The translations under genes and the position numbers were made by a program. The notes beneath the pieces are model-generated. The model was given only the letters and a program-made list of their open reading frames with translations, had not been told where the DNA came from and made no database searches. From Hyphomicrobiales bacterium (GTDB taxonomy: Bacteria; Pseudomonadota; Alphaproteobacteria; Rhizobiales; Kaistiaceae), in NCBI GenBank assembly GCA_024222895.1, contig JAAEOR010000188.1, positions 3,286-67,285 on the forward strand: 64,000 bases of DNA, written 5' to 3'. Shown here one piece after another: positions 30,685 through 39,497 of the stretch. Each line of letters opens with the position of its first letter. The stretch's first letter is position 1.

Positions 30685-30758
30685 TTTAGCCGACAAGGGC
30701 TGGTATCTCATTGGAGTGTGCTGAGGGGATTTGATTTGTCGAGAATGAGTATGCCGAC

Positions 30759-31772
30759 GTGAGGATCGTGTCGGAAGCGAGGGCTTTGTTCGAACGAATA
30801 CGCCCCTATCGCCATTATTTCTGGCCGGTTTTTGGCATTCTGGCCGTCATTTTCTGCGGCTGGCTTCTCTACAAGGAAATATCCAACCTTACCTTCGAGA
30901 GCGTACTGCAAAGCCTTGAAGCTATTCCCCTGAAACGCTGGATCCTCGCGATCGTGGCGACGATGTTCGCCTATGTTGCACTGGCCGAATACGACCGCAT
31001 CGCCCTGATCCACCTCGGCCGCAAGATTAGCTGGCCGTTCGTCATGGTGACGTCATTTACAACTTATGCGCTGGCCCACAATGTCGGTGCTTCGCTGTTC
31101 TCCGGCGCCTTGATACGGTTTCGCGCCTACGGCTCGCGCGGCCTTCCCCCGGCCGAGATCGGTGTTCTGGTTGCGCTGACGTCGGTCACCTTCCTGGTTG
31201 GGGCGTTGTCGCTGGGGGGCCTCGTCATGCTGTTTGCCCCGTCGGTACTGCAACGGTTCTTCGATCTCCCCGATTGGGCGGCTGTCCTGATCGGCCTGGG
31301 TCTTTTGTCATTGGTTGGCTTCTACGCCCTCGGCTCCCTGCTTCGTTTCAAGCCGCTGACGATAGCTGGCTTCCACCTCTATTATCCGAGACCGGCTGTC
31401 GTGCTGCGCCAGTTGATCGTCGGGCCGATCGAACTGGCGGCCGCCGGAGCGATTATCTATTTCTGCCTGCCGGTCGAAGGCAATCCGGGGTTTCTGACGA
31501 TCCTCGGCGTGTTTGTAGCCTCGTTTGCGGTGGCAATCGTTTCGCACGCGCCCGGCGGCCTTGGCGTCTTCGAGTTCGTGTTCCTCAGCGCGCTAAGCGA
31601 CATGGACCCGGCCGGCGTTCTCGCTGCCCTGATCGTTTTCCGGGTGCTCTACCTGCTTCTGCCCTTTGCGCTCGGCTTGATCATCGTACTGTTCTTCGAG
31701 CGTTCGGAGTTCAAACGAGCCCGGCGCGAACGGATTGGCGGCGCCAAACAACAGGACGCATCGGGCGAGTAG
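30759..31772 (+). CDS. Lysylphosphatidylglycerol synthase TM-domain (UPF0104/MprF flippase-like) protein
   Basis: 'SHAPGGLGVFE', 'FRVLYLLLP', 'SGA.IR.RAY', multiple TM helices. Confidence 0.8.
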   Translation: MRIVSEARALFERIRPYRHYFWPVFGILAVIFCGWLLYKEISNLTFESVLQSLEAIPLKRWILAIVATMFAYVALAEYDRIALIHLGRKISWPFVMVTSFTTYALAHNVGASLFSGALIRFRAYGSRGLPPAEIGVLVALTSVTFLVGALSLGGLVMLFAPSVLQRFFDLPDWAAVLIGLGLLSLVGFYALGSLLRFKPLTIAGFHLYYPRPAVVLRQLIVGPIELAAAGAIIYFCLPVEGNPGFLTILGVFVASFAVAIVSHAPGGLGVFEFVFLSALSDMDPAGVLAALIVFRVLYLLLPFALGLIIVLFFERSEFKRARRERIGGAKQQDASGE

Positions 31773-31878
31773 TCCGGCCCGGATGCTCCATGCAGGTCAT
31801 ATGGGTTTTGAGGATTGCGGGCTAGTTTTGGGCTAGTCTTAGTCGAGTTCCTGCCGGGATCTGCGGCGCGGGTAGTTG

Positions 31879-32991
31879 TCATGTCTCCAGCAATTCGGTC
31901 GCTTCGATCGCAATGCCGAAGCCGTCGAGCCCCACATAGTGAAGCTCCCGTGACGCAATCAGCCGGATCGACTGGACGCCCAGGTCGCGCAGGATCTGTG
32001 CCCCAAGGCCTATTTCCCGCCATTCGCGCTGGCGGGCGCTGGCCGAGCTGTGTTCCTCGCCGCCGGGCATCCCATCTCGCGGTCTCGCGCCGGAGGCTGC
32101 CACGCCGACCGAACCCTCCCGCAAATAGACAATGACGCCCCGGCCAGCCGAACCGAGGCGATCGACCAGGCGATTCAGCCGACTGTCGCGAGCAAAAACA
32201 TCCGTGGCGACCGACTCGCGATGCAGCCGGACCGGGATGTCCTTGCCGTCGCCGACATCGCCAAAGACCACGGCCAGGTGTTCGGTCGGATCCCACTCCG
32301 TGCGGTAGGCGATTGCCGTTGCAGGACCGCCTGCTGTGTCGATCGTGAACGAACCGACCCGCTCCACCAGTTTGTCGCGTCGCTGCCGCCAGGCAATGAG
32401 GTCGGCCACTGAAACCCGTTTCAGTTTGTGCCGTCTGGCGAAATCGGCGACCTCGGCGCCACGCATGACCGACCCGTCATCGTTGACCAGTTCGGCCAGG
32501 ACACCGACGGGCTCTACATTAGCCAGCCGGCAGAGGTCGACCGCCGCCTCGGTATGGCCTGAACGCATCAGAACGCCACCTTCGCGGGCGACCAGTGGAA
32601 AGACATGCCCGGGGCGAACGAAATCGTCGCTGCCAATATTGGGGTTGGCGAGGGCTCGTATCGTGGCGCACCTCTCGTCCGCCGAAATCCCGGTCGTTGT
32701 GCCGTGGCGGAGGTCAACCGATACGGTGAACGCAGTACCCTGGGCGGAGTCGTTGTCGGCGACCATCGGCACCAGGTTCAACCGCCGGGCGGCTTGGCGT
32801 GGCATGGGCGCGCAAACAATGCCGCTGGTGTGGCGAATGATGAAGCCAAGTTGCTCCGGCGTCGCATGGACGGCCGCAAGGATCAGATCGCCTTCGTTTT
32901 CCCGGTCATCGTCGTCGTCAACGACAATGATCTCGCCGCGCGCGAAGGCACGCACAGCTTCATCAACTCGCTCCCCATCCATCGCTGTCAA
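31879..32991 (-). CDS. ribB: 3,4-dihydroxy-2-butanone-4-phosphate synthase with degenerate GTP cyclohydrolase II domain
   Basis: 'DDDDRENEGDL', 'TTTGISA', 'RPGHVFPL', 'GHTEAAVDL'. C-terminal domain lacks the Zn-binding cysteines. Confidence 0.92.
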   Translation of the reverse strand: MTAMDGERVDEAVRAFARGEIIVVDDDDDRENEGDLILAAVHATPEQLGFIIRHTSGIVCAPMPRQAARRLNLVPMVADNDSAQGTAFTVSVDLRHGTTTGISADERCATIRALANPNIGSDDFVRPGHVFPLVAREGGVLMRSGHTEAAVDLCRLANVEPVGVLAELVNDDGSVMRGAEVADFARRHKLKRVSVADLIAWRQRRDKLVERVGSFTIDTAGGPATAIAYRTEWDPTEHLAVVFGDVGDGKDIPVRLHRESVATDVFARDSRLNRLVDRLGSAGRGVIVYLREGSVGVAASGARPRDGMPGGEEHSSASARQREWREIGLGAQILRDLGVQSIRLIASRELHYVGLDGFGIAIEATELLET

Positions 32992-33000
32992 CTGTCCGCC

Positions 33001-34089
33001 TCAACCGATCTGACCACGGTGCCTCAAATAGTGGTCGGCAAGCACGATCGCCATCATCGCCTCGCCGATTGGGACCGCGCGGATGCCGACGCAGGGGTCG
33101 TGTCGGCCCTTGGTCGAAACCTCAACCTCCTCATTTGCCTTGGTCACCGTGCGCCGGGGCGCCAGGATCGATGAGGTCGGTTTCACGGCGAAGCGGGCGA
33201 CGAGTGCCTGGCCCGTCGAGATTCCGCCGAGCACCCCACCAGCGTTGTTGGACAGGAACACGCGATTTCCAGCATCATCGATCCGCATCTCGTCGGCGTT
33301 TTCCTCGCCGGTGAGGGATGCGGCGGCAAATCCCGCGCCGATCTCGACGCCCTTGACAGCATTGATCGACATCAGCGCGGCGGCGACGTCCTGATCGAGT
33401 TTGCCGTAGATGGGTGCGCCGAGCCCGGCGGGTATGCCATGAGCGATGACTTCGATAACAGCACCGACGGAGGAACCACTCTTGCGAATCTCGTCGAGAT
33501 AGTCCGCGAAGAAGTCAACCATCTCCGCGTCCGGGCAAAAGAACGGATTGGCGTCGACTGCGTCCCAGTCCCATCGGCCGCGGTTGATCGTATGCGGCCC
33601 CATCTGGACGAGGGCGCCTCGGACAATCATACCCGGCACGACTTTCCGGGCGACTGCACCGGCGGCGACGCGGCAGGCAGTCTCGCGGGCCGAAGCACGA
33701 CCGCTGCCACGCCAATCCCGGATTCCGTATTTTGCGTCATACGTGAAGTCGGCATGACCCGGGCGATAGCGGTCCTTGATCTCGGAGTAGTCCTTGGATC
33801 GTGCGTCGACATTCTCGATCATGATCGAGATCGGCGTGCCGGTCGTCAGAAGCTGGCCACTCTCCTCGTCCTCGAAAACGCCGGAGATGATTCGTACCGC
33901 ATCCGGCTCACGTCTTTGGGTGGTGAAACGCGATTGGCCCGGGCGGCGTTTCTCCATCCAGTGCTGGATCTCGTCCTCTGAGATCGGGATTCTCGGCGGA
34001 CAGCCATCGATCACACATCCGATCGCCGGCCCGTGACTCTCGCCCCAGGTGGTGAAACGGAACAACTGGCCGAAGGTATTGTGTGACAT
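33001..34089 (-). CDS. aroC: Chorismate synthase
   Basis: 'MSHNTFG', 'GESHG', 'RPGHAD', 'RASARET', 'GRHDPC'. Confidence 0.98.
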   Translation of the reverse strand: MSHNTFGQLFRFTTWGESHGPAIGCVIDGCPPRIPISEDEIQHWMEKRRPGQSRFTTQRREPDAVRIISGVFEDEESGQLLTTGTPISIMIENVDARSKDYSEIKDRYRPGHADFTYDAKYGIRDWRGSGRASARETACRVAAGAVARKVVPGMIVRGALVQMGPHTINRGRWDWDAVDANPFFCPDAEMVDFFADYLDEIRKSGSSVGAVIEVIAHGIPAGLGAPIYGKLDQDVAAALMSINAVKGVEIGAGFAAASLTGEENADEMRIDDAGNRVFLSNNAGGVLGGISTGQALVARFAVKPTSSILAPRRTVTKANEEVEVSTKGRHDPCVGIRAVPIGEAMMAIVLADHYLRHRGQIG

Positions 34090-34163
34090 GAAGTTTTCCC
34101 GGATTCGCAACGCCGTTTCTAAGCGCGCGGGCAACCCCGGTCAAACCCTGCGGAGGCCGAATG

Positions 34164-34330
34164 GCCGCCACGCTCACCGAATCGGGTCCGCGGGCGACCG
34201 GCAGAACACTCCGACGTCCGACTATGAGGGTTAGCCCCGGGGTAATCGCCGTCAGCCCAGATGCGCCCTCAGGAATTCGAGTGTTCGGACCCAGGCCAGC
34301 GCTGTATCCTCTGCGTCGTAGCGTGCCCTG
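34164..34330 (-). ncRNA. Candidate structured non-coding RNA / aroC leader
   Basis: Four nested complementary segments form a rod. TTGACA on the minus strand at 34369-34364. No credible ORF. Strand inferred. Confidence 0.5.
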
Positions 34331-34489
34331 TCGGGTTAGCAAAGGCGTGGTTGGCGGCGATGCTGTCAATTGCCTGGATAGCGCTCGATTCGCCGCTGGC
34401 CTTTCTCAATGCTTTCCGCCCAACAGCTTCGGCTTCTGCTGTCATTGGGCAAGTGACGTGGATGTTGCACGCGCCGAGCGTGCCTCCGG

Positions 34490-35083
34490 CTAGAACCAGG
34501 TATCGCCGCCGCCGTGAAGCAGGAGAGCCCGATCCTGCGGGATGAGCGTGGCGACCGATTCCTGATGATCAAGGTCGAGCAGGTGGCGGCGGAGGACCCG
34601 GCCGACCCCACCATGAGCAACGGCGACCGTGGGCCGCGCCAAGTCGCCGAACCAGGCTTCGACCCTCTCTGCCAGAAGCCGGTAGCTTTCGCCGCCCGGC
34701 GGGAGAAAACCCCATTTGTCTGCCTCCCGGGCAGCGACAGCCTCCGGGGCCGTGGCTCGGAGTTCAGCGATTGTGTACCCTTCCCAATCGCCAAAGGTGA
34801 TCTCGCGCAGGCGGTCGTCCAGATGATAGGCGGACGGATCCAGGCCGAGGGCTTCGCGCACGATTTCCATTGTCTCTCGCGAGCGGCCCAACGGACTTGC
34901 GACGAAGTCGAAGCCGGCGATGTCGGGAAACCGGTCGGCGATAGCCTCGCCGTTTCGCCGTGCCTGCGCGCGGCCGCGGTCGTTCAGCGGGATGTCCATT
35001 TGTCCCTGAAGCCGCTCTTCGGCATTCCAGTCGGTTTCGCCGTGGCGGATGAAAACCAGTATCGGACGGTCCGGCATCTGCAT
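34490..35083 (-). CDS. Histidine phosphatase (phosphoglycerate mutase-like) family
   Basis: 'RHGETDWN', 'SPL.R..ET', 'FGDWEG', 'GESY', 'AHGG'. Confidence 0.9.
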   Translation of the reverse strand: MQMPDRPILVFIRHGETDWNAEERLQGQMDIPLNDRGRAQARRNGEAIADRFPDIAGFDFVASPLGRSRETMEIVREALGLDPSAYHLDDRLREITFGDWEGYTIAELRATAPEAVAAREADKWGFLPPGGESYRLLAERVEAWFGDLARPTVAVAHGGVGRVLRRHLLDLDHQESVATLIPQDRALLLHGGGDTWF

Positions 35084-35098
35084 CCTCAACGGGGCGGG

Positions 35099-35200
35099 CT
35101 AGTGGAGCGAATTTGACATTACCTCGTGGACCTGATGACTCCGACATTTGCTCGGGCGGAGGCTGCAGGAGTCTGGCAAATGTCGGAGACGGACCACTAG
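35099..35200. repeat. CTAGTGG..CCACTAG-bounded palindromic element (family C), copy 1
   Basis: Terminal 7-bp inverted repeat. Internal perfect 13-bp IR CTCCGACATTTGC (35139-35151) / GCAAATGTCGGAG (35176-35188). Diverged copy at 56085-56153. Confidence 0.7.
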
Positions 35201-36015
35201 TCTTTGACCGTGGCAATGTCGGGTGCATCGACCGACTTCATCCCGACCACGTGATATCCGGCATCGGCGTGGAGGACCTCACCGGTGACCGTGCGGCCTA
35301 GATCAGACAGAAGCGCAAGCGAAGCGTCAGCAACCTCATCGACCTGGACTCCCCGCTTCAGCGGCGAATTGAGTTCGTTCCACTTCAAAATGTAGCGAAA
35401 ATCCCCAATCCCCGAGGCGGCGAGCGTCTTGATCGGCCCTGAGCTGATCGCGTTCACCCGAATGCCCTTGGCGCCAAGGTCCACGGCCAGATAGCGCACA
35501 CTGGCCTCAAGAGCCGCCTTTGCCACCCCCATGGCATTGTAGTGAGGCATGACCTTCTCGGCACCGTAATAGGTCAATGTCAGGATTGAACCTCCGTCCG
35601 TCATCAGCTTTTCGGCTCGCTGCGCGACCGCCGTCAGCGAGTAGCAGGAGATCTGCATGGTCTTGGCAAAATTGTCCGCCGTCGTATCGACATAGCGTCC
35701 CGTGAGCTGATCCTTGTCGGAGAAGGCGATCGCGTGCACGAGGAAATCGAGTCGGCCCCATATTGCCTCGACGCGGGCAAACACCGCGTCGATCGTCTCC
35801 GGATCCGTCACATCGCAGTGGCCGACCACCTCGGCGCCGAGTTCCTCGGCCAACGGGACCACGCGCTTCTTGAGCGCATCTCCTTGATATGTAAGAGCGA
35901 CTTCGGCACCAGCGCCACGACAGGCGCGCGCAATGCCCCATGCGATCGAGCGGTTGTTGGCGACGCCCATAACCAATCCGCGCTTGCCTCGCATGAGTGC
36001 GCCTCGGTCGGTCAT
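35197..36015 (-). CDS. fabI: Enoyl-ACP reductase FabI
   Basis: 'GKRGLVMGVANNRSIAWGIA', 'YNAMGVAKAALE', 'GPIKTLAASGI'. Start trimmed to ATG 36015. Confidence 0.97.
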   Translation of the reverse strand: MTDRGALMRGKRGLVMGVANNRSIAWGIARACRGAGAEVALTYQGDALKKRVVPLAEELGAEVVGHCDVTDPETIDAVFARVEAIWGRLDFLVHAIAFSDKDQLTGRYVDTTADNFAKTMQISCYSLTAVAQRAEKLMTDGGSILTLTYYGAEKVMPHYNAMGVAKAALEASVRYLAVDLGAKGIRVNAISSGPIKTLAASGIGDFRYILKWNELNSPLKRGVQVDEVADASLALLSDLGRTVTGEVLHADAGYHVVGMKSVDAPDIATVKD

Positions 36016-36164
36016 GAACAATCCTTTTCGGAGCCTACAGCCGGCGGCCTCTATGGCACACAGCAATGCACTCAGCAAGGATGCTGCGCGCCCTGTGGCG
36101 CATTGAGCGGATTTGACCGAGGTGCCTCGACGCACCACCCGGCGCATCATAAAATGCCAGCGAC

Positions 36165-37595
36165 ATGGACATGAAGCCGCCCCAACTCGACGCCGACCTG
36201 ACCGAGCGCTTTGCCGCCATCGTCGGCGCCGGCCAGGCTTTGAGCGACTCCGCGTCGATCGCCCCCTTTCTCGTCGAACCGCGCGACAAGTTTCATGGCG
36301 CGACACCGCTTGTACTGCGCCCCGGATCCGTGGACGAAGTCGCATCGATCCTGAAACTGGCCAGCGAAACCGGAACGCCGATTGTGCCCCAGGGCGGCAA
36401 TACCGGGCTCGTCGGTGGTCAGGTGCCCGACGCCGCCGGCGGGCAGATCGTGCTGTCGCTGTCGCGGCTCAATCGGATCCACAGCGTCGAGCCACGAGAA
36501 AACGCCATGACGCTCGAGGCGGGCGTGGTTCTCGCCGACGCCCAAGCTGCTGCCGCCGCCGCTGACCGGCTCTTTCCCGTCTCGCTTGCCTCAGAAGGCT
36601 CGTGCCAGATCGGCGGCATTCTGTCGACCAACGCCGGTGGAACAAGCGTTCTGGCTTATGGCAATACCCGGGAACAGGTCCTCGGCATCGAGGTGGTAAT
36701 GGCCTCCGGCGAGGTTTGGAACGGTCTGCGCAAGCTCCGCAAAGACAATACGGGCTACGATCTTCGTGATCTTTTTGTCGGCGCCGAGGGGACGCTTGGC
36801 GTGATCACGGCTGCCGTTCTGCGGCTCGTCTCGAAACCGCGTGGCCAAAGCGTTGCGATCGTTGGCCTCGCGACGCCGGCCGCCGCGCTTGGGCTGCTTG
36901 AGATTGCTGTCAGGGTTGCCGGGGGAAGCCTGACAGCGTTTGAGCTGATGCCGCGAATTGGCATCGAGGTTGTCACGCGCCACGTTCCCGGGTCGCGTGA
37001 TCCGCTGACCAGCCCGCACCCCTGGTACGTGTTGTTCGAAATATCGTCGCTCCGGTCGGAAGCGGATGCCGAGACGACCGTGGAAACCGTGTTTGGCGAG
37101 GCGGTTGCCGGCGGTTTTGTCGACGATGGTGTTCAGGCCCGGTCGCTGCAACAGGCGCAAGAGTTTTGGCGGTTACGCCACGCGCTGTCGGAAGTGCAGA
37201 AGGTCGAGGGCGGTTCCATCAAGCACGACGTGGCTGTCCCGCGCGCCCTTGTGCCGGAGTTCATCGAACGCGCCAACGCCGCCGTTACAGCGTTCGTTCC
37301 CGGCTGCCGACCGTTTCCGTTTGGGCATCTCGGCGATGGAAACATCCATTATAATGTCAGTCAGCCAGTGGATATGAACAGGACCGAATTCCTGGACCAA
37401 TGGGACGACGTCAATGCGCTTGTCTACGAAATCGTCGGGGAGCTCGGTGGCACGATCTCAGCCGAACACGGCATCGGCCGATTGAAGCGCGACCTGCTGG
37501 CTGAGGTAAAGAGCCCGCTCGAAATTGACCTGATGCGCCGGGTGAAGGCGGTGTTCGATCCCGACGGCATTCTCAATCCCGGCAAGATTTTGTGA
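36165..37595 (+). CDS. FAD-binding oxidoreductase (D-2-hydroxyacid dehydrogenase, GlcD-like)
   Basis: 'PQGGNTGLVGG', 'TNAGG', 'KDNTGYDL', 'GAEGTLG', 'GHLGDGNIH', 'SAEHGIG', 'LNPGK'. Confidence 0.9.
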   Translation: MDMKPPQLDADLTERFAAIVGAGQALSDSASIAPFLVEPRDKFHGATPLVLRPGSVDEVASILKLASETGTPIVPQGGNTGLVGGQVPDAAGGQIVLSLSRLNRIHSVEPRENAMTLEAGVVLADAQAAAAAADRLFPVSLASEGSCQIGGILSTNAGGTSVLAYGNTREQVLGIEVVMASGEVWNGLRKLRKDNTGYDLRDLFVGAEGTLGVITAAVLRLVSKPRGQSVAIVGLATPAAALGLLEIAVRVAGGSLTAFELMPRIGIEVVTRHVPGSRDPLTSPHPWYVLFEISSLRSEADAETTVETVFGEAVAGGFVDDGVQARSLQQAQEFWRLRHALSEVQKVEGGSIKHDVAVPRALVPEFIERANAAVTAFVPGCRPFPFGHLGDGNIHYNVSQPVDMNRTEFLDQWDDVNALVYEIVGELGGTISAEHGIGRLKRDLLAEVKSPLEIDLMRRVKAVFDPDGILNPGKIL

Positions 37596-37733
37596 ACCCT
37601 GTCCGGTCACGTCTCGCTAACCCTCTGGAAAACAACTAAAATTTAACCGAACCTTTTAAGCGCTTCCTGACGCTCGGCTGTCAGATTGACGCCTGCAAGA
37701 GGTCCAGAAAAACGGACCCAGGGAGTGTCAGTC

Positions 37734-38294
37734 TTGAGTCGTCAAACAGCTATGGCCACAGAGGCCGTGGCGGGGGCGGGCCGGTTTCGGCTCGACCCCA
37801 CCACATTACCCGTACGCAGTAACGCCGGCTCCGGCATTCCGGCATTCACGCTCGATCGCCATGTTGCGCTCGTGCGACAGTCCGTGGCGGGCATTCCCGC
37901 CACTCTTTCAGTACCGGTCGACACATATCGGGGGGTCTCGGTTCGTATGGAATCGATCGGTGAGGCGGGCGATCTGGCGGTTTTCATTGAACTGCTCCAT
38001 GAGGATCCCCGACTCACCCTGCCGCTGATGCATGCCGACGAACCGCAAGACGCTGCTGCAGACTGGGTCGCCTGGGCGCGCGCTCTCAATTTGCCACTGC
38101 TCGTGGTGGATTGTGATGGGACGGTTCGCGCACCCGTGGATCGAACTGCAGAAGCTGCCATCGGTGGCGCGTTGCAACGCCGCAATCACTCGCTGCTTCG
38201 TGGCCGCCGGTCTCGCTATCTCCGTCGTCGCAAGCCGGGACAGGCGGGCGCACAGACTCGCGTTCACGGTCGCGAGATTATTGCCCGAGATTGA
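37734..38294 (+). CDS. DUF6101-like conserved protein
   Basis: 'RLDP..LP', 'YRGV', 'LLH.DP.L..PL', Arg-rich 'RRSRYLRRRKPG', terminal 'EIIARD'. TTG start after GGGAG. Confidence 0.7.
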   Translation: MSRQTAMATEAVAGAGRFRLDPTTLPVRSNAGSGIPAFTLDRHVALVRQSVAGIPATLSVPVDTYRGVSVRMESIGEAGDLAVFIELLHEDPRLTLPLMHADEPQDAAADWVAWARALNLPLLVVDCDGTVRAPVDRTAEAAIGGALQRRNHSLLRGRRSRYLRRRKPGQAGAQTRVHGREIIARD

Positions 38295-38324
38295 CCGATA
38301 GCACAGTTGCGGGCAATCCGGCAG

Positions 38325-38819
38325 CTACAGCAACCGGCTGTCTTCGGCGACAATAGCGGTTATCTGCCAGGTATCGGCCTCGCGTTGACACGCCTCGCCG
38401 CGATAGCTCCGGATTCCGCGAATGTCGCTGACCGTCGTGGTAAAAGCGCGACACACTCCGCCTTGGCGCGGTTCGACGGTTTTTGCTTGCAGGGTGCCAT
38501 AAGAGCCGGTCCTGGGATTCTGCCAGGGCAGAGTTCCCGTCTCCGCCGTAGCCCGCCCTGCCGACGCAATAGTCTGGCGAACAACCTCCCAATCGGACGG
38601 GTCGACGGCATCCGTGACAGCACCAATCGCAACCGCCTGGGCTTCATCAAGGCCGGAGCCGAGAGGCATACCGAGCTGGGAGCACCCTGCCGCCGACAAC
38701 GCCAACGCGATGAGCGCCGCAGCGCGAAAAAACGGCGGCGCTTGTCGCAGTCCGCCCGCACGTCGATACAATTGGCGACTGCGCCGATGGCGCGTATATG
38801 GAGTGCAGGACCCGGGCAA
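38325..38819 (-). CDS. RT0821/Lpp0805 (17-kDa antigen-like) lipoprotein
   Basis: Lipobox 'LSAAGC', 'WQNPRTGSYG', 'CR.F', 'GEAC..A..W'. Start uncertain. Confidence 0.75.
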   Translation of the reverse strand: MPGSCTPYTRHRRSRQLYRRAGGLRQAPPFFRAAALIALALSAAGCSQLGMPLGSGLDEAQAVAIGAVTDAVDPSDWEVVRQTIASAGRATAETGTLPWQNPRTGSYGTLQAKTVEPRQGGVCRAFTTTVSDIRGIRSYRGEACQREADTWQITAIVAEDSRLL

Positions 38820-38868
38820 GGCTGAGTTTCCTCATCGCAGCAGCTCCTAGCATCGCGAGTTTTCGTTA

Positions 38869-39465
38869 ATGAGTCGTGACCTCGAACCGACAACGGATCC
38901 AATCCTCCTTTTTGGCGAATGGCTTGAGGAGGCGACGACGTCGGAAATCAACGATCCGAATGCCGTAGCCCTTGCGACCGTTGATGACGACGGCCTGCCC
39001 GACGTTCGCATGGTCCTGCTCAAGGGATTCGACGAGGGCGGGTTCGTCTTCTTCACAAATTTCCAAAGTGCCAAGGGCCGGGAGTTGCGGGCCAATCCCA
39101 AAGCCGCTCTGTGTTTTCACTGGAAGAGCCTGCGCCGTCAGGTCCGCGTCCGCGGGCTGGTGAACGAAGTCGCTACGTCGGAGGCGGATGCGTATTTCGC
39201 CTCGAGACCAAGGGGCAGCCGCATCGGTGCCTGGGCCAGTCAGCAGTCGCGGCCATTGGAATCTCGTTTCGCATTGGAAAAGGCCGTTGCCAGCTACACG
39301 GCCAAATTCGGAATCGGAGAGATTCCGCGTCCGGCCCATTGGTCAGGTTTTCGCATCGCGCCGCAAGAGATCGAGTTCTGGATCGGCCGACGGTCCCGGT
39401 TGCACGATCGAGTTCGGTATGTCCGTGATCCGGATGGCTGGGCGTCCGAACGGCTTTATCCCTGA
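38869..39465 (+). CDS. pdxH: Pyridoxamine 5'-phosphate oxidase
   Basis: 'RMVLLK', 'FFTN..S.KG', 'RQVR', 'WASQQS', 'EFW...SRLHDR', 'RLYP'. Confidence 0.97.
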   Translation: MSRDLEPTTDPILLFGEWLEEATTSEINDPNAVALATVDDDGLPDVRMVLLKGFDEGGFVFFTNFQSAKGRELRANPKAALCFHWKSLRRQVRVRGLVNEVATSEADAYFASRPRGSRIGAWASQQSRPLESRFALEKAVASYTAKFGIGEIPRPAHWSGFRIAPQEIEFWIGRRSRLHDRVRYVRDPDGWASERLYP

Positions 39466-39497
39466 AAGACATACCAGATCACTGAAAGACATGCCGG

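Noticed and set aside
31848-31870. Short direct repeat GGGCTAGT x2 between convergent genes
   Set aside because: Too short; compatible with chance.
36016-36345. Apparent 110-aa N-terminal extension of FabI (likewise for rnhA, tldD, aroC, DUF3179, MATE, dxs)
   Set aside because: Longest-ORF artefacts that overlap neighbouring genes or promoters and lack domain-like composition, unlike the purD extension.
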